21,480 nucleotides of DNA from Myxococcota bacterium (GCA_041687695.1 JAWLBL010000031.1:1-21480); one strand, 5' to 3'. Shown: positions 1 through 10,293, numbered from the stretch's first letter. Notes: a model not told the origin generated them from the letters alone. Numbers and translations are program-made.

Positions 1-111
1 CGAACGCGGGACGGGACACCCGAGAGGGGCTCATCCCAGCCCAACTACCGGGAAACGACCGCGAGACAAACCCGGGACGGGGAGCCGGGACAGGACACCC
101 AAGGACCCCGA

Positions 112-378
112 ATGCCCCTGCGCCTCCTACTCCTGTCTTGCGCCTTCGCGCTCCCGCCGCTGACGACCGCCTGCGAGCCCGCCGGCGCCGACTGCAGCGA
201 GCCCTGTGAGCTCGACGACGACTGCGGCTTCGGCCTCATGTGCGCGGGCTCGACCTTCGACCGCAAGTGCGTCCCACAGGACTGCGCCGCCTGCTTCGAA
301 TCGGGTCGCTCCTGCTCGTACTCCGAGGAGATCCCCGAGAGCGGCCCCATCCAGTGTTCGCTGAACTTCTGCTTCTGA
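112..378 (+). CDS. Small cysteine-rich putative lipoprotein (88 aa)
   Basis: Hydrophobic N-terminus ending in a lipobox-like LTTA-C. Ten further Cys in the mature part (e.g. CELDDDCGFGLMC). AAGGA upstream of the ATG; GC-rich third codon positions. Confidence 0.7.
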   Translation: MPLRLLLLSCAFALPPLTTACEPAGADCSEPCELDDDCGFGLMCAGSTFDRKCVPQDCAACFESGRSCSYSEEIPESGPIQCSLNFCF

Positions 379-391
379 TTTGGAGGCACGC

Positions 392-1726
392 ATGACCCCC
401 TTTTGCCGCCTGCTGGCGACCGTCTTGGTATCCGGGGCGCTGGGCTGCCAGGGCCCCACCGCCGCCCCCGACTCCGGCCCCCCGCCGGGCGCCGCGCCCC
501 CCCTGGACGAGCGCCCGTCGGCGCTGCAGCCACCAGCCCCAGCTCCCCCCGCCCCCTCGCGGGTCGACGACGACCCCAACGCAGAAGCTCCCTCTCGGCC
601 GCCTACGACCGCCGAGGCCGCCGTAGCGAAGCCCGAGCCGCCGCTTGCGACCTTCGAGGCGGGGCGCTTCGACGCCGCACCGGCCGATCTGCCGCTGGGA
701 CTGCTCAACCGCTTCCTCACCGACCGGCTGAAGGCGGCGAACGCAGCCCGTCTCTCCGAGCTGTGGGGGCGACGGCTCGAGTCGCTCCCGTTCGCCGCCG
801 AATTGACGCGCGAGGAGGTCGAGGACACGCGGCCCACCTTCGTCGCCTACCGCGACGACGCAAGCGGCCGCGGCGCCTCCAAGCTGAGTGTTCAGTGGGG
901 ATTTCTCGACGACGCGTTGTTCGAGGTGCGTCTCGACTTCGCCAAGCGCGCCCCGAAGCTCGAACGTCAGCTCGAGACCCTCTTCACGCGGCCTCCCGAC
1001 GTGACCGTCACGCTACGCGACGGCGCCAGGCGGGCTACCTGGCACGACGGCGGCCTCTCGGTCGCCTTCGAGGGGCGACGCGGCCATGGCAGCCTGCTGC
1101 TCGCCGATCGCGCCCGCCTCGAGCGCTTCGAGCGACGGCTCGCCGAGGTGGACGCCGCCGAGCGCCTGGTCTGGGGTTCGCTCGAGTTCTTCACCCATCG
1201 CCAACGGCGCAGCCTCGCGGCCGCACGCGAGGCCAACCGGCGCGCCGCCGAGCTGGCCCCGCGCTTCGGGGACGCTTGGGTCAACCTGTGCCACGTCGAG
1301 TACGACGCCGGCGAGCTGGACCAGGCGCGCGGTCACTGTGAGCGCGCCCTCGGGGTCACGGGCGAGGCTTCGGTCCGCGGCGAGGCCAGCTACTATCTGG
1401 GCCTCATCGCGCTGGCCGAGGGCGACCGCCAGGGCGGGCTCGAGCTCATGCGAAAGGCGATGGTCGACGTGCCGCGCGCCTGGGGCATCTTCGGGGACCT
1501 CAAGCGGCGGGTCGCGGCCCTCGACGGCCGCGTCACCGACGCCATCCTCGAGCGCGCCGTCTACGACTACTGGTGCGCCAGTTTCCGGGACGGCAGCCGC
1601 GAACTTCGCATCCCGCTCGAGTTCGGGTTCGTCGACTACGAAGCGCTCAGCGCGCGAGCGGACGACGAGCTCGTCGACGTCGACGGCCAACGAGAGAACG
1701 CGAGGCAACGATGCGAGCCCCGATGA
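392..1726 (+). CDS. Putative lipoprotein with Pro-rich linker and TPR repeats (444 aa)
   Basis: GGAGG at 382-386 before ATG 392. Lipobox ALG-C, then a Pro/Ala-rich tether. TPR-like segment AWVNLCHVEYDAGELDQARGHCERAL...ASYYLGLIALAEGD. Confidence 0.8.
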   Translation: MTPFCRLLATVLVSGALGCQGPTAAPDSGPPPGAAPPLDERPSALQPPAPAPPAPSRVDDDPNAEAPSRPPTTAEAAVAKPEPPLATFEAGRFDAAPADLPLGLLNRFLTDRLKAANAARLSELWGRRLESLPFAAELTREEVEDTRPTFVAYRDDASGRGASKLSVQWGFLDDALFEVRLDFAKRAPKLERQLETLFTRPPDVTVTLRDGARRATWHDGGLSVAFEGRRGHGSLLLADRARLERFERRLAEVDAAERLVWGSLEFFTHRQRRSLAAAREANRRAAELAPRFGDAWVNLCHVEYDAGELDQARGHCERALGVTGEASVRGEASYYLGLIALAEGDRQGGLELMRKAMVDVPRAWGIFGDLKRRVAALDGRVTDAILERAVYDYWCASFRDGSRELRIPLEFGFVDYEALSARADDELVDVDGQRENARQRCEPR

Positions 1727-3360
1727 TGCGAGCCCTCCAAGCTTGGACTTCGATCGCGATGGCCGCCACCCTGCTGGCCTGCGGATCGACCGGCCTCGGT
1801 CAGATGGTGCCGCTCGCGCCTCCGCTCGACGCGCCCAAGGGCTCCGTCGTCGGCTTGCGGACGACCATCGTCCTCGACGAGCGCCTCACGGCCACGACCC
1901 TGGAGACCCCGCTGGTCTACCCCCAGGCCGACGGGGTCGCACGTCCGTTTCGCTTCCGCACCGGCCTGGGCCTCGCCCACTCCCTCGAGGCCCGGCTGAC
2001 CCCGCTCTTTGCCGACCATCGCGTCGTGGGCTCGATGAACACCGCGCTCGTGCCGGCCAAGGGGCAGCCGCGCCCCGAGCTGATCCTGTGGCCCCGCCTC
2101 GCCGCCCTGTCGCTCGAGGACACGGATGGCACGGTGCACGTCGACATGACCGTGCGGGTCCTGATGCTGTCCGGCGACGGCACGCCGCTCGAGGCGTTCG
2201 ACGTGGCCCAGCGCACGGTCTGGTCCGACCGCGGCACCGACGATGGCGAGGATCGCGATCGGCGCCGCCTTCGGTCGGCCCTCGACGCGGCCTTCGGACG
2301 CATCCTCGACGATCTGGCGGTGCGCGTGAGCCAACACGAAGCGCTCGCACCCATCGCAGCAGGCCGCGCCGTGCCCCTGGCGAACGCGCTGGCCGTCCGC
2401 CACCGCGCCGCGGTCCAGTGCGCCGAGCAGCGAGGCGAGTCGCGCGCGAAAATCGAGCGCGACTTCGGCCTCGACATCGTAGCGGTCCGTCAGCGGCTCG
2501 AGCGTCGCGAGCGCAGCTTCGGACCGGCCGAGCGGCTCGCCCTCGCGCTGACCGACTGCGACCAGCCCACGCTCGCCACCGAGCGCTCGCTCGAAGCGCG
2601 GCTCGCCCAGATCCGCGCCCACATAGACTCGGGCGACCTCGGTGCTGCGCACGCGCTGCTCTACCCGCTGGCCGAAGTGCACCCGAAGCACCCGGCCATC
2701 GCCACAGTGGTCCGCAAGCTGGCCCGCGCCGAGGAGGCGCAGCGGCTGGCCGAGGAGGCGGAACGCCGGCGCGAGGCCGAGCGTCTCGCCGCCGAGGAGG
2801 CCGCTCGTCGCGCCGAGGAGGCACGGCTCGCCGCCGAGGCCGCGGCCCGCGCTGAGGCGGAGGCCCAGGCCCAGCGCGCCCAGGAGGCCGATCTGTTGGC
2901 CAAGCAGGCCGCCGCTCGCCTGCGCGCCGGTCGCGTCGACGAGGCGCGCGATCTCGTTCAACGGGCGTGGCAGCTGGTCCCGCAACACGCCGGCGCGCGC
3001 GAGGTCATGCTCTCCCTGCGTGAACACGACGAGCGCATGGAGCGCACACGTCGCGCGGCGGAAGAGGCCGCGCGCAAACGCGAGCTCGCGCAGATCCAGC
3101 GACAAGTGCCGACCCTCATCAAGAAGTGCGTCGACTCCGCCCAGCGCTACCGCAAGGCCGAGCAGAAGGCGGCCGAGGCGGCGGCCTCGGGCAACCCCGA
3201 GCGGGTCGAGAAGATGGGGGCCGCCAAGCACAAGGCCTGGCAGACCTACATGGACGCCCAGGCCAAGCTGCGCAAGGCCATCGAGGCCTACGAATCCCAA
3301 GGTCAACACGACGCCGCCCGCGGCGTGCGGCAGGCCGCCGCCCCGTGCGGCCGCTTCTAG
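1723..3360 (+). CDS. Putative lipoprotein with Ala/Glu/Arg-rich coiled-coil and TPR-like helices (545 aa)
   Basis: ATGA overlap (1723-1726) with the upstream stop. Lipobox LLA-C. Long AEEAERRREAERLAAEEAARR coiled-coil; TPR-like AGRVDEARDLVQRAWQLVP. Confidence 0.75.
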   Translation: MMRALQAWTSIAMAATLLACGSTGLGQMVPLAPPLDAPKGSVVGLRTTIVLDERLTATTLETPLVYPQADGVARPFRFRTGLGLAHSLEARLTPLFADHRVVGSMNTALVPAKGQPRPELILWPRLAALSLEDTDGTVHVDMTVRVLMLSGDGTPLEAFDVAQRTVWSDRGTDDGEDRDRRRLRSALDAAFGRILDDLAVRVSQHEALAPIAAGRAVPLANALAVRHRAAVQCAEQRGESRAKIERDFGLDIVAVRQRLERRERSFGPAERLALALTDCDQPTLATERSLEARLAQIRAHIDSGDLGAAHALLYPLAEVHPKHPAIATVVRKLARAEEAQRLAEEAERRREAERLAAEEAARRAEEARLAAEAAARAEAEAQAQRAQEADLLAKQAAARLRAGRVDEARDLVQRAWQLVPQHAGAREVMLSLREHDERMERTRRAAEEAARKRELAQIQRQVPTLIKKCVDSAQRYRKAEQKAAEAAASGNPERVEKMGAAKHKAWQTYMDAQAKLRKAIEAYESQGQHDAARGVRQAAAPCGRF

Positions 3361-3371
3361 GAGTCGCAATC

Positions 3372-5054
3372 ATGCGCACCTTCTCGACCGTCGCGAGCGC
3401 CATCCTCTGCCTGGTTGCTGCGCCCGCACAGGCCGAAACCTCGACCTGGCTCTTCGGGGTCGACGCGGCAGCGCTCGCCACACCGGGCTCATGGGGCGAC
3501 GTCACGGGCCCCGGCTTCGGCGCCCTGCTGCGACTCGAGTATGGCCTGTCGGCGCGGACGAGCCTCATGGGCCGGGTCGGGTACATCGGGCACTTCGCGA
3601 CCGACGCGGGTGCCGGGCTCGAGTCGAACACCACCGAGCTGCCCGTCCTGCTCGGGCTGAAGCTCCGTCCCAGCGTGGACAGCAGCTTCTACCTGGCTCC
3701 CGAGCTGGGCCTGGTGAGCTTTGGCGCCGAGCTCGACGGCAACATCGAGCTCGGCGACTTCGTCCAACGCTCCGAAATGGGCGCCGAGATGCGCGTCGGG
3801 ATGACCCTCGGCGCGGGCTTCCGCCTGGGCAGCGCCGATGTGCGCGGCCAGTTGTTCCTCCCCTGGCTGGCCGAGGCGGGTGACTTCGTCGGCTTGATGG
3901 TCACCGTCGGCTTCGACCTCTTCCAGAACCCCGACACGCACCGCCCGACGACGATGGTGACCCACACGCCTGCGCCGCCGACGCGGCCGAGCAGGCCTGT
4001 CGCCGCACGCCCGCAGATCGTGCACGAGCCGGTCGAGACCGACACGCAACACCAGCTCTCAGGGGCGACCCTGGCTCTTGCGGCCGATGCGAGCTCTCGC
4101 CTGCGCCAGGGCCGCGTGAGCGTCGCGCTGGCCATGGTCGACGGTCGCGCCTGCGACGACGCGCTGGTCGGCAGGGCGCAGGCCGGCGACCGGACCGTGT
4201 CGACCTGCCTCGCGGACCCACTGACGGAAGACCTCTTCGTAGCGCGCGTCGAGGTACACAACGGCCTCCCGCACGTGCTCCGGCTGCATGAGGCGCCGCT
4301 CGCCCTACGCGCGCCAGGCGGCGACGCCCACGTCGTCTTCGACCTGTCGCACCTGGCCGGTCACTGGGAGCGTGCCCGAGCCGAGACCGCGCAGCGCGGG
4401 CGCGTGCTCGTGGCCGCCAATGACGGCGCCCACGGGCCCGACGCCGAGTACGTGATGGTCCGACACCTCGACCACGGGCTCCTCTCGCCGCTCGTCGCCG
4501 CGACCAGCCTGGACCTCCAGCGGCCGCTCCTCCCGGGCGAGACGCGTCGCGGCTACGTGGTCCTCGCCGTCCCCGCGACGCTCCCGCTCGAGGCGCCCCT
4601 GACGCTGGGCCTGTACGACGTCGTCGTCGAGACCGAGCCCGGCGGCCGCTCCTCCCGCTCCGTCGCCTTCGAGTTTCCCCTGCGGCGACGGGCCTGGACC
4701 CTCGACGTCACTGCGCGCTCCGTCCGCTCGGCCCTCGTCGCCAGTGACGGCCCCCCTCCAGCGGGCCAGCCATCCGAAGCCCCTGCTCCGCCCCAGGTCG
4801 CCCCCAAGGCGCCCGCGGGTCCCTCACGGGTCGCGCTCGGGACCTTGCAGCTCGTCGACGAGGCGAGCCCCGTCGTCTCGCGGTGGGTCGGCTCCCAGGT
4901 CGTCGCGGAGACCCTGGACGGAGACGTCATCCAGGGCGTCCTCGTGGGGCTCCGCTCCACCGTGCTCCTGATTCGCCTCGAGGACGACAACCGCCGAGAG
5001 CTGGACCTTCTCGACCTCAGCGCCCTCGCCCGCGTCGCCCCCGCCCCAGAGTGA
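3372..5054 (+). CDS. Secreted protein: N-terminal outer-membrane beta-barrel-like domain plus C-terminal beta-rich domains (560 aa)
   Basis: AGGAG upstream of ATG 3372; signal peptide ending AQA. Alternating amphipathic strands (GFGALLRLEYGL, LMGRVGYIGHF, FYLAPELGL, MTLGAGFRL, VTVGFDLF). Then a Pro/Thr linker and an LLPGETRRGYVVL Ig-like motif. Confidence 0.7.
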   Translation: MRTFSTVASAILCLVAAPAQAETSTWLFGVDAAALATPGSWGDVTGPGFGALLRLEYGLSARTSLMGRVGYIGHFATDAGAGLESNTTELPVLLGLKLRPSVDSSFYLAPELGLVSFGAELDGNIELGDFVQRSEMGAEMRVGMTLGAGFRLGSADVRGQLFLPWLAEAGDFVGLMVTVGFDLFQNPDTHRPTTMVTHTPAPPTRPSRPVAARPQIVHEPVETDTQHQLSGATLALAADASSRLRQGRVSVALAMVDGRACDDALVGRAQAGDRTVSTCLADPLTEDLFVARVEVHNGLPHVLRLHEAPLALRAPGGDAHVVFDLSHLAGHWERARAETAQRGRVLVAANDGAHGPDAEYVMVRHLDHGLLSPLVAATSLDLQRPLLPGETRRGYVVLAVPATLPLEAPLTLGLYDVVVETEPGGRSSRSVAFEFPLRRRAWTLDVTARSVRSALVASDGPPPAGQPSEAPAPPQVAPKAPAGPSRVALGTLQLVDEASPVVSRWVGSQVVAETLDGDVIQGVLVGLRSTVLLIRLEDDNRRELDLLDLSALARVAPAPE

Positions 5055-5105
5055 GCGGGCAGAGCCGCCGCCGACCCACACGGCGTCCTTCGCCTGGTCG
5101 ACCGC

Positions 5106-5621
5106 CTAGGGCCAGGTCAAGCGGTCCCGCATGCGCTGGATCAGCCGCTCCAGCAGCCGGTCCAGGTCCTCGCCGACCCGATCGCTGCCCAGGTGGACCA
5201 GCCAGCGGGAGAGCGGGCTGCCGCTCAGCCGCACGCCGTGGCGCCAGGTGACGCGCGACCGCGCCTCGTAGGGCGCGATGGTGATGACGCCCTCCTCGCC
5301 CGGGCCGCCGCCGGGTCGCCGCAGCACGTACCCGATGCCACTTGGCGGCTCGAGCCGGGTCACCTCCAGCTCCAGCGTGCCGCCCGTCGGCGCGCGCTCC
5401 AGCATGAAGCGCGTCCCCACCTCGGCTGGCCCCGGCTGCACCCGCTTCAGCCCGCCCCACGACCACCCGACCCAGCGGTTCATGGTGGCGGCCTGCTCGA
5501 ACACCTCCGCCGGAGGCCCCGGGACGACCCGCGACACCTCGACCGGCCGCACGTCCGGCAGCAGCCACCCCGCGGCCAGCGAGACCCAGGCCAGCCCCAC
5601 CGCGATCAGCGGGATCCTCAT
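5106..5621 (-). CDS. SRPBCC (START/polyketide cyclase-like) family protein with N-terminal membrane anchor (171 aa)
   Basis: VEVSRVVPGPPAEVF...WVGW and C-terminal SRVTW...DLDRLLERL helix are typical of SRPBCC. ATGA overlap (5618-5621) with the upstream gene's stop; GGAGG upstream. Confidence 0.75.
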   Translation of the reverse strand: MRIPLIAVGLAWVSLAAGWLLPDVRPVEVSRVVPGPPAEVFEQAATMNRWVGWSWGGLKRVQPGPAEVGTRFMLERAPTGGTLELEVTRLEPPSGIGYVLRRPGGGPGEEGVITIAPYEARSRVTWRHGVRLSGSPLSRWLVHLGSDRVGEDLDRLLERLIQRMRDRLTWP

Positions 5622-6628
5622 CGCGCCGCCTCCGTCGCCAGGTCCAATACCGGCCCGAATGCCGCCCCCGTCGCTGGCACATGCAGCGTGACATGACCCT
5701 CGGGCGGCACGATGGCCTCGAACAGCTCGGCCTCGCCCTCCAGTACGGCGAGGCCCCGCACGCGCAGGAACCGCCGCAGCGCCTCGGCGTCCCCGGCCCG
5801 CTGCTCGGCCCGCACCAGCTCCGGCTGCCCCATGAAGGTCGTCCGCGTCCCCTCCACCCGGTGCCCGTCGACCTCCAGGTCCGCAACCTCGCCCTCGTCC
5901 AGCACCCACTCCGGCGGCCGCGCGTCCCAGGGTCGGTCGAACAGCACGCCCACCCGCCACGCCAGGCACGGCCGCCCGGTGAACGGCGCCGTCAGCACGC
6001 CCTCGCCCCGCGCGCGCCCCTCCACGACCCGCGCGACCGGCGCCCCGTCCGGCACCCGCGGCACCGCGTGCCGCCACCGCGCCGGCCCGCGAGGCCTCGT
6101 GTGATACCACCCCCAGGTCAGCAGCCGCGGCAACGTCATGCCCATCAGGATGGCGGTCACCAGCCCCAGCAGCGTCACGCCGACGAGCCCCCAGATGAAG
6201 GTCCCTTCGAACGAGACCGGATAGATCGGCGCCCCCTCCTCGGCCCCCATCCCCAACGAAACCGCCCCGACGGCCACCACCGCGCCGGCCGCCGCCGCCG
6301 CCCACCTGGCCGCCCACGGCGTCGAGGCCCGCTCCGCGTCGTCCTCCTCGGCCAGCCGGTCCACGATGGCATTTTCGGCCAGATCGAACACGACGGTCGC
6401 CCCGCAGCCCGCGCACGCCCCCGCCGCCTCGCCCAAATGCCGACACTCGGCGCACAGATGATAGCAGGCCATCTCCGCCCGCCCGCTCCCAGCCGACACC
6501 CGCTGCGGCTGCTTGCGCCTCGCCCGGATCCGCTCCTTGAGCCCCCGCGTCATCGCCCGCATTTCGCGCTCGGCCTGCCGCTGCCGCCGGATCGCGTCTA
6601 TGACCGCCGCACATGACCCACCGCCCAT
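5618..6628 (-). CDS. Hypothetical membrane protein with double CxxC (Zn-ribbon-like) motif (336 aa)
   Basis: CAEC...CAGC pair, two hydrophobic segments, C-terminal APFTGRPCLAWRV domain. GAGGGG upstream of ATG 6628; start uncertain. Confidence 0.65.
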   Translation of the reverse strand: MGGGSCAAVIDAIRRQRQAEREMRAMTRGLKERIRARRKQPQRVSAGSGRAEMACYHLCAECRHLGEAAGACAGCGATVVFDLAENAIVDRLAEEDDAERASTPWAARWAAAAAGAVVAVGAVSLGMGAEEGAPIYPVSFEGTFIWGLVGVTLLGLVTAILMGMTLPRLLTWGWYHTRPRGPARWRHAVPRVPDGAPVARVVEGRARGEGVLTAPFTGRPCLAWRVGVLFDRPWDARPPEWVLDEGEVADLEVDGHRVEGTRTTFMGQPELVRAEQRAGDAEALRRFLRVRGLAVLEGEAELFEAIVPPEGHVTLHVPATGAAFGPVLDLATEAAR

Positions 6629-6703
6629 GCCCCTCACCCCTTCCCGCCGACCGCCACCCCACTGCGCCCCTGCGCCAGACCGTCCGCCGCGCGCTCAACC
6701 CGC

Positions 6704-9700
6704 TCAGTCCGGCGCCACCTCGCCCCCCGACCCCTCCGTGTTCGACTGCGCTCGGGTGGGGACCAACGCCTCGAGCCAGGCTTCGGCGCGTGCCCGCAAC
6801 TCGCCCAGGCGCTCGTCGGGCCAGGCGTGGTCGGCGTCGACCAGCTGGATGGGGGTCGAGAAGGCGTCGTTGTCCCGCTCGATCTGGACGAAGGTCGCCA
6901 GCAGGAACGCGTCGCGAAAGCAGGTCTCGTGCGAAGCATCTGGAGGCGACGGAGCCAGCGCCAACACGGCCGCGGCGAGGCGGGCGAACGTCTGGCGCTC
7001 GCGGACGGTGTCGAGCCGGGATCGCTCGATGACCTCGAGGACCTCACGCGGCTCACCCGCATCCAGAGCGGCATCCGCCTCGCTGATCCTGCGGGTGAAC
7101 CAGTCCGTCGGGTTCTCGGACGAGTCGTCCCTGAGCGCACGGTCGGGCGGCGCCGGCAGCGCGACGGGCTCCCCACCAAGCGACACGAGCCGCGGGCCCT
7201 CCGTCGTCGAGACCAGGAGCGCGGCACACGCCACCCCATCACCGATGAGGCGCGCGTGGTAGGGCAACGGCATCTCATAGGCCACTTCCAGCCTACTGGC
7301 CGTCGGTCGCACCGCGACCAGGAGGCACTCGCGGCCTTCACGCGAGCAACGGACGAACAGCAGCCCGGTCGCCTCGTCCCATTGAGCCTCCTGCACCCGA
7401 CCGGCGAGCGAGCCTCCGATCATCAGAGGCACGCACGGAGTCCGCGCCCGCGTCAGCATCGTCAGCAGCACCGGGCCGGCGCTCCGATGCCCGCTCGTGC
7501 GCTGGGACACCACGACCAGCCTCCGCTCGCCCTCTTCGCCCGGCGTCCGCACCTCGAGGACCCGGCTGACCGACATCCCGGCGCCCATGTCCATCTGCCG
7601 CACGAGCGCCCCATCCGGCCGATGGAGCTGCAACGGCCGGTCCCCGCGCCGCAGGACGATGGTCGCCTCGGCCCCACGCCCGACGACGTCGGCCCAGTCC
7701 GCCTGCAGCACCCGGTGCGCGGCCTTGCCGCTGACGCGGTCGCGCACCAGGAACTCCATGGTGTAGTCCCGGTAGGCCTCCCAGAGGTAGGCCGTCCCAG
7801 GGATGGGCATCACGAAGTGCGGCGCCGTCTCACCGGCCGAGGTACTGCGAAGGGCCTCGGTGACCCCCCAGCGGCCGGTCTCGAACGACAACACCAGACC
7901 GTCCTCGCTGGTGATCCACAGCAGGCCTTCGTCGACGGTCATCATCCCCCGGTCACCCAAGACGCGCGCCACCATCGCGGTCTTCGGCCGGAGCTCGTCG
8001 TCATCGAGCGCCACCGCGAACACGAGGTCCGCGACGCGGAGCGTCGCGAGAGCACCCGATCGATCGGGCATCGGCCAGAGCTGCGCCCGATCCCGCGACT
8101 CGAGCTGGCTCCACAGCGGCTTCGGAACGGCAGGCCGATCGACGACCACCCGGGACACGCCTCGGTCGAGGGCCCGCAGCGCCTCCTGCCTGCGACGCTC
8201 CCACTCCTGGCGCGGACCGGCGTCCTCGGCGTCCATGTAGCGCTCGGCCAACAGCTTGGCATGCGAGGCCGCCTCCAGCGCCCCGGTCCGCAGCTGCAGG
8301 TCGCAGATCCCGCCCAGCCGGTCCGCCTCCGACCGCCGCGCGACACGCGCGCTCAGCACCTCGCGGCGCTCGCGCTCGCCCGAGCCGCCCCCCAGCGCGT
8401 CCAGGCCGGCCATGATCTCGCGCGCCTCCTGCCACGCGTCGACCTCCAGCAGCCGCGCGACCTCGTCCAGCCGTTCGGCCTCGCGAGCCCTCCGCTGGTT
8501 CGCCAGCGTGGCGCGCGCCTCGGTCAGCAGCCGCCGGCCGGCCGCCAACGCCTCCAGGCACGCCAGGTGGCCCTCGACCAGCGCCAGCGCCCGCTCGGCC
8601 TCCCCTCGCGCCATCGCCGCCAACGCAGCCGCCAGCGCCGTCACCGCCGCGGGCGCCTCGTCGGCCAGCCCCGCCTCGGCCAAGGCGTCCAGCCAGGTCA
8701 GCTCGCGCGCCAGCTCCGGCTCCTCGACCCCGCGCGCGACCACCGCCCGCGCCCCCGGCTCCAGCGCCACGTACGCGCCGCGCGCCTCCAGCGGCTCGCC
8801 GCCTCCCGTCAACAGCGCGATGACCCGCTCCCCCTCCAAGCGCTCCCGCCGCTCGCGCGCGACCAGCTCTGCGGCGTCGATCTCCTCCAACAGCCGCACC
8901 ACCTCGGCGCCCAGGTCCCGCGCCCGCCGTGCCCGCCTCCGCGCCCGCTCGAAGTCCGCACCCGCCAGCGCCGCCCGGCTGCCCTCCAACGCCGCCTCCA
9001 ACGCCGCCGCCCGCTCCGCCGCCTCGTGCGCCTGCACCACCGCGCGCGCCGCGGCGCTCTCTGGGAACTCGGCCAACACCTCCCGCGCCAGCGCCACCTC
9101 CTCTGGCCCCTCCGCCCCCGCCAGCGCCGCCTCGCGCTCCGCCATGCGCGCCGATCGCTGCTCGCGCCGCGCCTCCTCGGCCCTCGCCAACGCCGGATGA
9201 GCCGGGTCGCGCTCTCGCAGCCGGGCGGCCGCCCGCGCCACCAGGTCGGCGCGCCCCTCCCGCAGCCCCGCCTCCAAGCACTCGCCCAACACCTCGACCA
9301 CCCGCCCCTCGCGCCGCCCCTCGACCCGCCGCATGGCCCGCTCGCGGTCCCCCGACCGCGCGTCCGCGACCGCGAGCAGCACCACGACGCGCCCGTCCCG
9401 CTGCGTCGCCCGATCCAGCCGCGTCTCCCACTCCAGCGCGGCCGCATCGTCCGCCAAGGTGTCGACCAGCAACTCCAACAGCGCCTGTGCCGGCTCCAGC
9501 GCGCCTCCGCTCAGCGTGACGGCCTCCTCGAGCAGCTCGCGCGCCCGCTCGTAGTCCCACTCCTCGAGCGCCGCCTGGGCCTCGGCCAGCCAGGTCGCGG
9601 GCGAACCCGACCTCCGCCCCCGCGCCGGCGCCGGCGTCGCCGCCTGCACGCCCGCCGTCTCGCCCGTGTCCAACAGGAAGCGGACCAGCGCCCGCGCCTC

Positions 9701-10015
9701 GTCCTCCAGCTCGTCCACCCGGGCATGGCAGGCGCTGCGTCCCAGGAACCGATGCGTCAGCAGCACGAACCCCTCGCCCCCGTCCGGCGTGACCGCGATG
9801 GCCTCGGCCCCCTCGTCGACGACGAGCCGGCTCTGCAGGCGCGACTTGAGCCCGTAGCGCCGCGCGCGTTCGTCCGGCGGCAGGTCGAGCCCGGTCGGGT
9901 TGACCGCGTGGATGAGGTCGATCAGCTCGGCCGCTCCGACGGCGGCCCCCGAGACCACGCGCTCTATCCGCGCCGACAGCTTGGCCTCCAGCCTGAGTGC
10001 CGCCGTAGGTGTCAT
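6704..10015 (-). CDS. Large hypothetical protein: helical/TPR-like repeats and a beta-rich (propeller-like) C-terminal region (1103 aa)
   Basis: Long ORF with G/C-ending codons; GGAG upstream of ATG 10015. Recurrent helical motifs (AQAALEEWDYERARELLE; SRAALAGADFERARR; ADAALDAGEPREVLE). Confidence 0.7.
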   Translation of the reverse strand: MTPTAALRLEAKLSARIERVVSGAAVGAAELIDLIHAVNPTGLDLPPDERARRYGLKSRLQSRLVVDEGAEAIAVTPDGGEGFVLLTHRFLGRSACHARVDELEDEARALVRFLLDTGETAGVQAATPAPARGRRSGSPATWLAEAQAALEEWDYERARELLEEAVTLSGGALEPAQALLELLVDTLADDAAALEWETRLDRATQRDGRVVVLLAVADARSGDRERAMRRVEGRREGRVVEVLGECLEAGLREGRADLVARAAARLRERDPAHPALARAEEARREQRSARMAEREAALAGAEGPEEVALAREVLAEFPESAAARAVVQAHEAAERAAALEAALEGSRAALAGADFERARRRARRARDLGAEVVRLLEEIDAAELVARERRERLEGERVIALLTGGGEPLEARGAYVALEPGARAVVARGVEEPELARELTWLDALAEAGLADEAPAAVTALAAALAAMARGEAERALALVEGHLACLEALAAGRRLLTEARATLANQRRAREAERLDEVARLLEVDAWQEAREIMAGLDALGGGSGERERREVLSARVARRSEADRLGGICDLQLRTGALEAASHAKLLAERYMDAEDAGPRQEWERRRQEALRALDRGVSRVVVDRPAVPKPLWSQLESRDRAQLWPMPDRSGALATLRVADLVFAVALDDDELRPKTAMVARVLGDRGMMTVDEGLLWITSEDGLVLSFETGRWGVTEALRSTSAGETAPHFVMPIPGTAYLWEAYRDYTMEFLVRDRVSGKAAHRVLQADWADVVGRGAEATIVLRRGDRPLQLHRPDGALVRQMDMGAGMSVSRVLEVRTPGEEGERRLVVVSQRTSGHRSAGPVLLTMLTRARTPCVPLMIGGSLAGRVQEAQWDEATGLLFVRCSREGRECLLVAVRPTASRLEVAYEMPLPYHARLIGDGVACAALLVSTTEGPRLVSLGGEPVALPAPPDRALRDDSSENPTDWFTRRISEADAALDAGEPREVLEVIERSRLDTVRERQTFARLAAAVLALAPSPPDASHETCFRDAFLLATFVQIERDNDAFSTPIQLVDADHAWPDERLGELRARAEAWLEALVPTRAQSNTEGSGGEVAPD

Positions 10016-10293
10016 GTCTCGAGCTCCAGCCGTCACGTCCGTAGATCGGCCACTATGCCAGACCGTACCCGCACCGCAACCCGCCCCCAGGCGGGTCCAC
10101 CACCCTCGCGACGGCGCACGCCGCACGATCGAGCGAGCGCGCCCGCCTCGTCCGCGCCCCCGCCTGACCCCAGCCCCCCGCCCCAACGCGCGGAATGTCT
10201 CGTTCTGGTCGCGCCGTCGGCAACGACACCACGAGCCCGGAGGCCATCCGGCCCGCCTTGACAGCCCGGGCCACGCCCGGTTCGATGACCTCC

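Noticed and set aside
5055..5105. Intrinsic terminator between convergent genes (also 11683-11715)
   Set aside because: No convincing stem with a U-tract on either strand.
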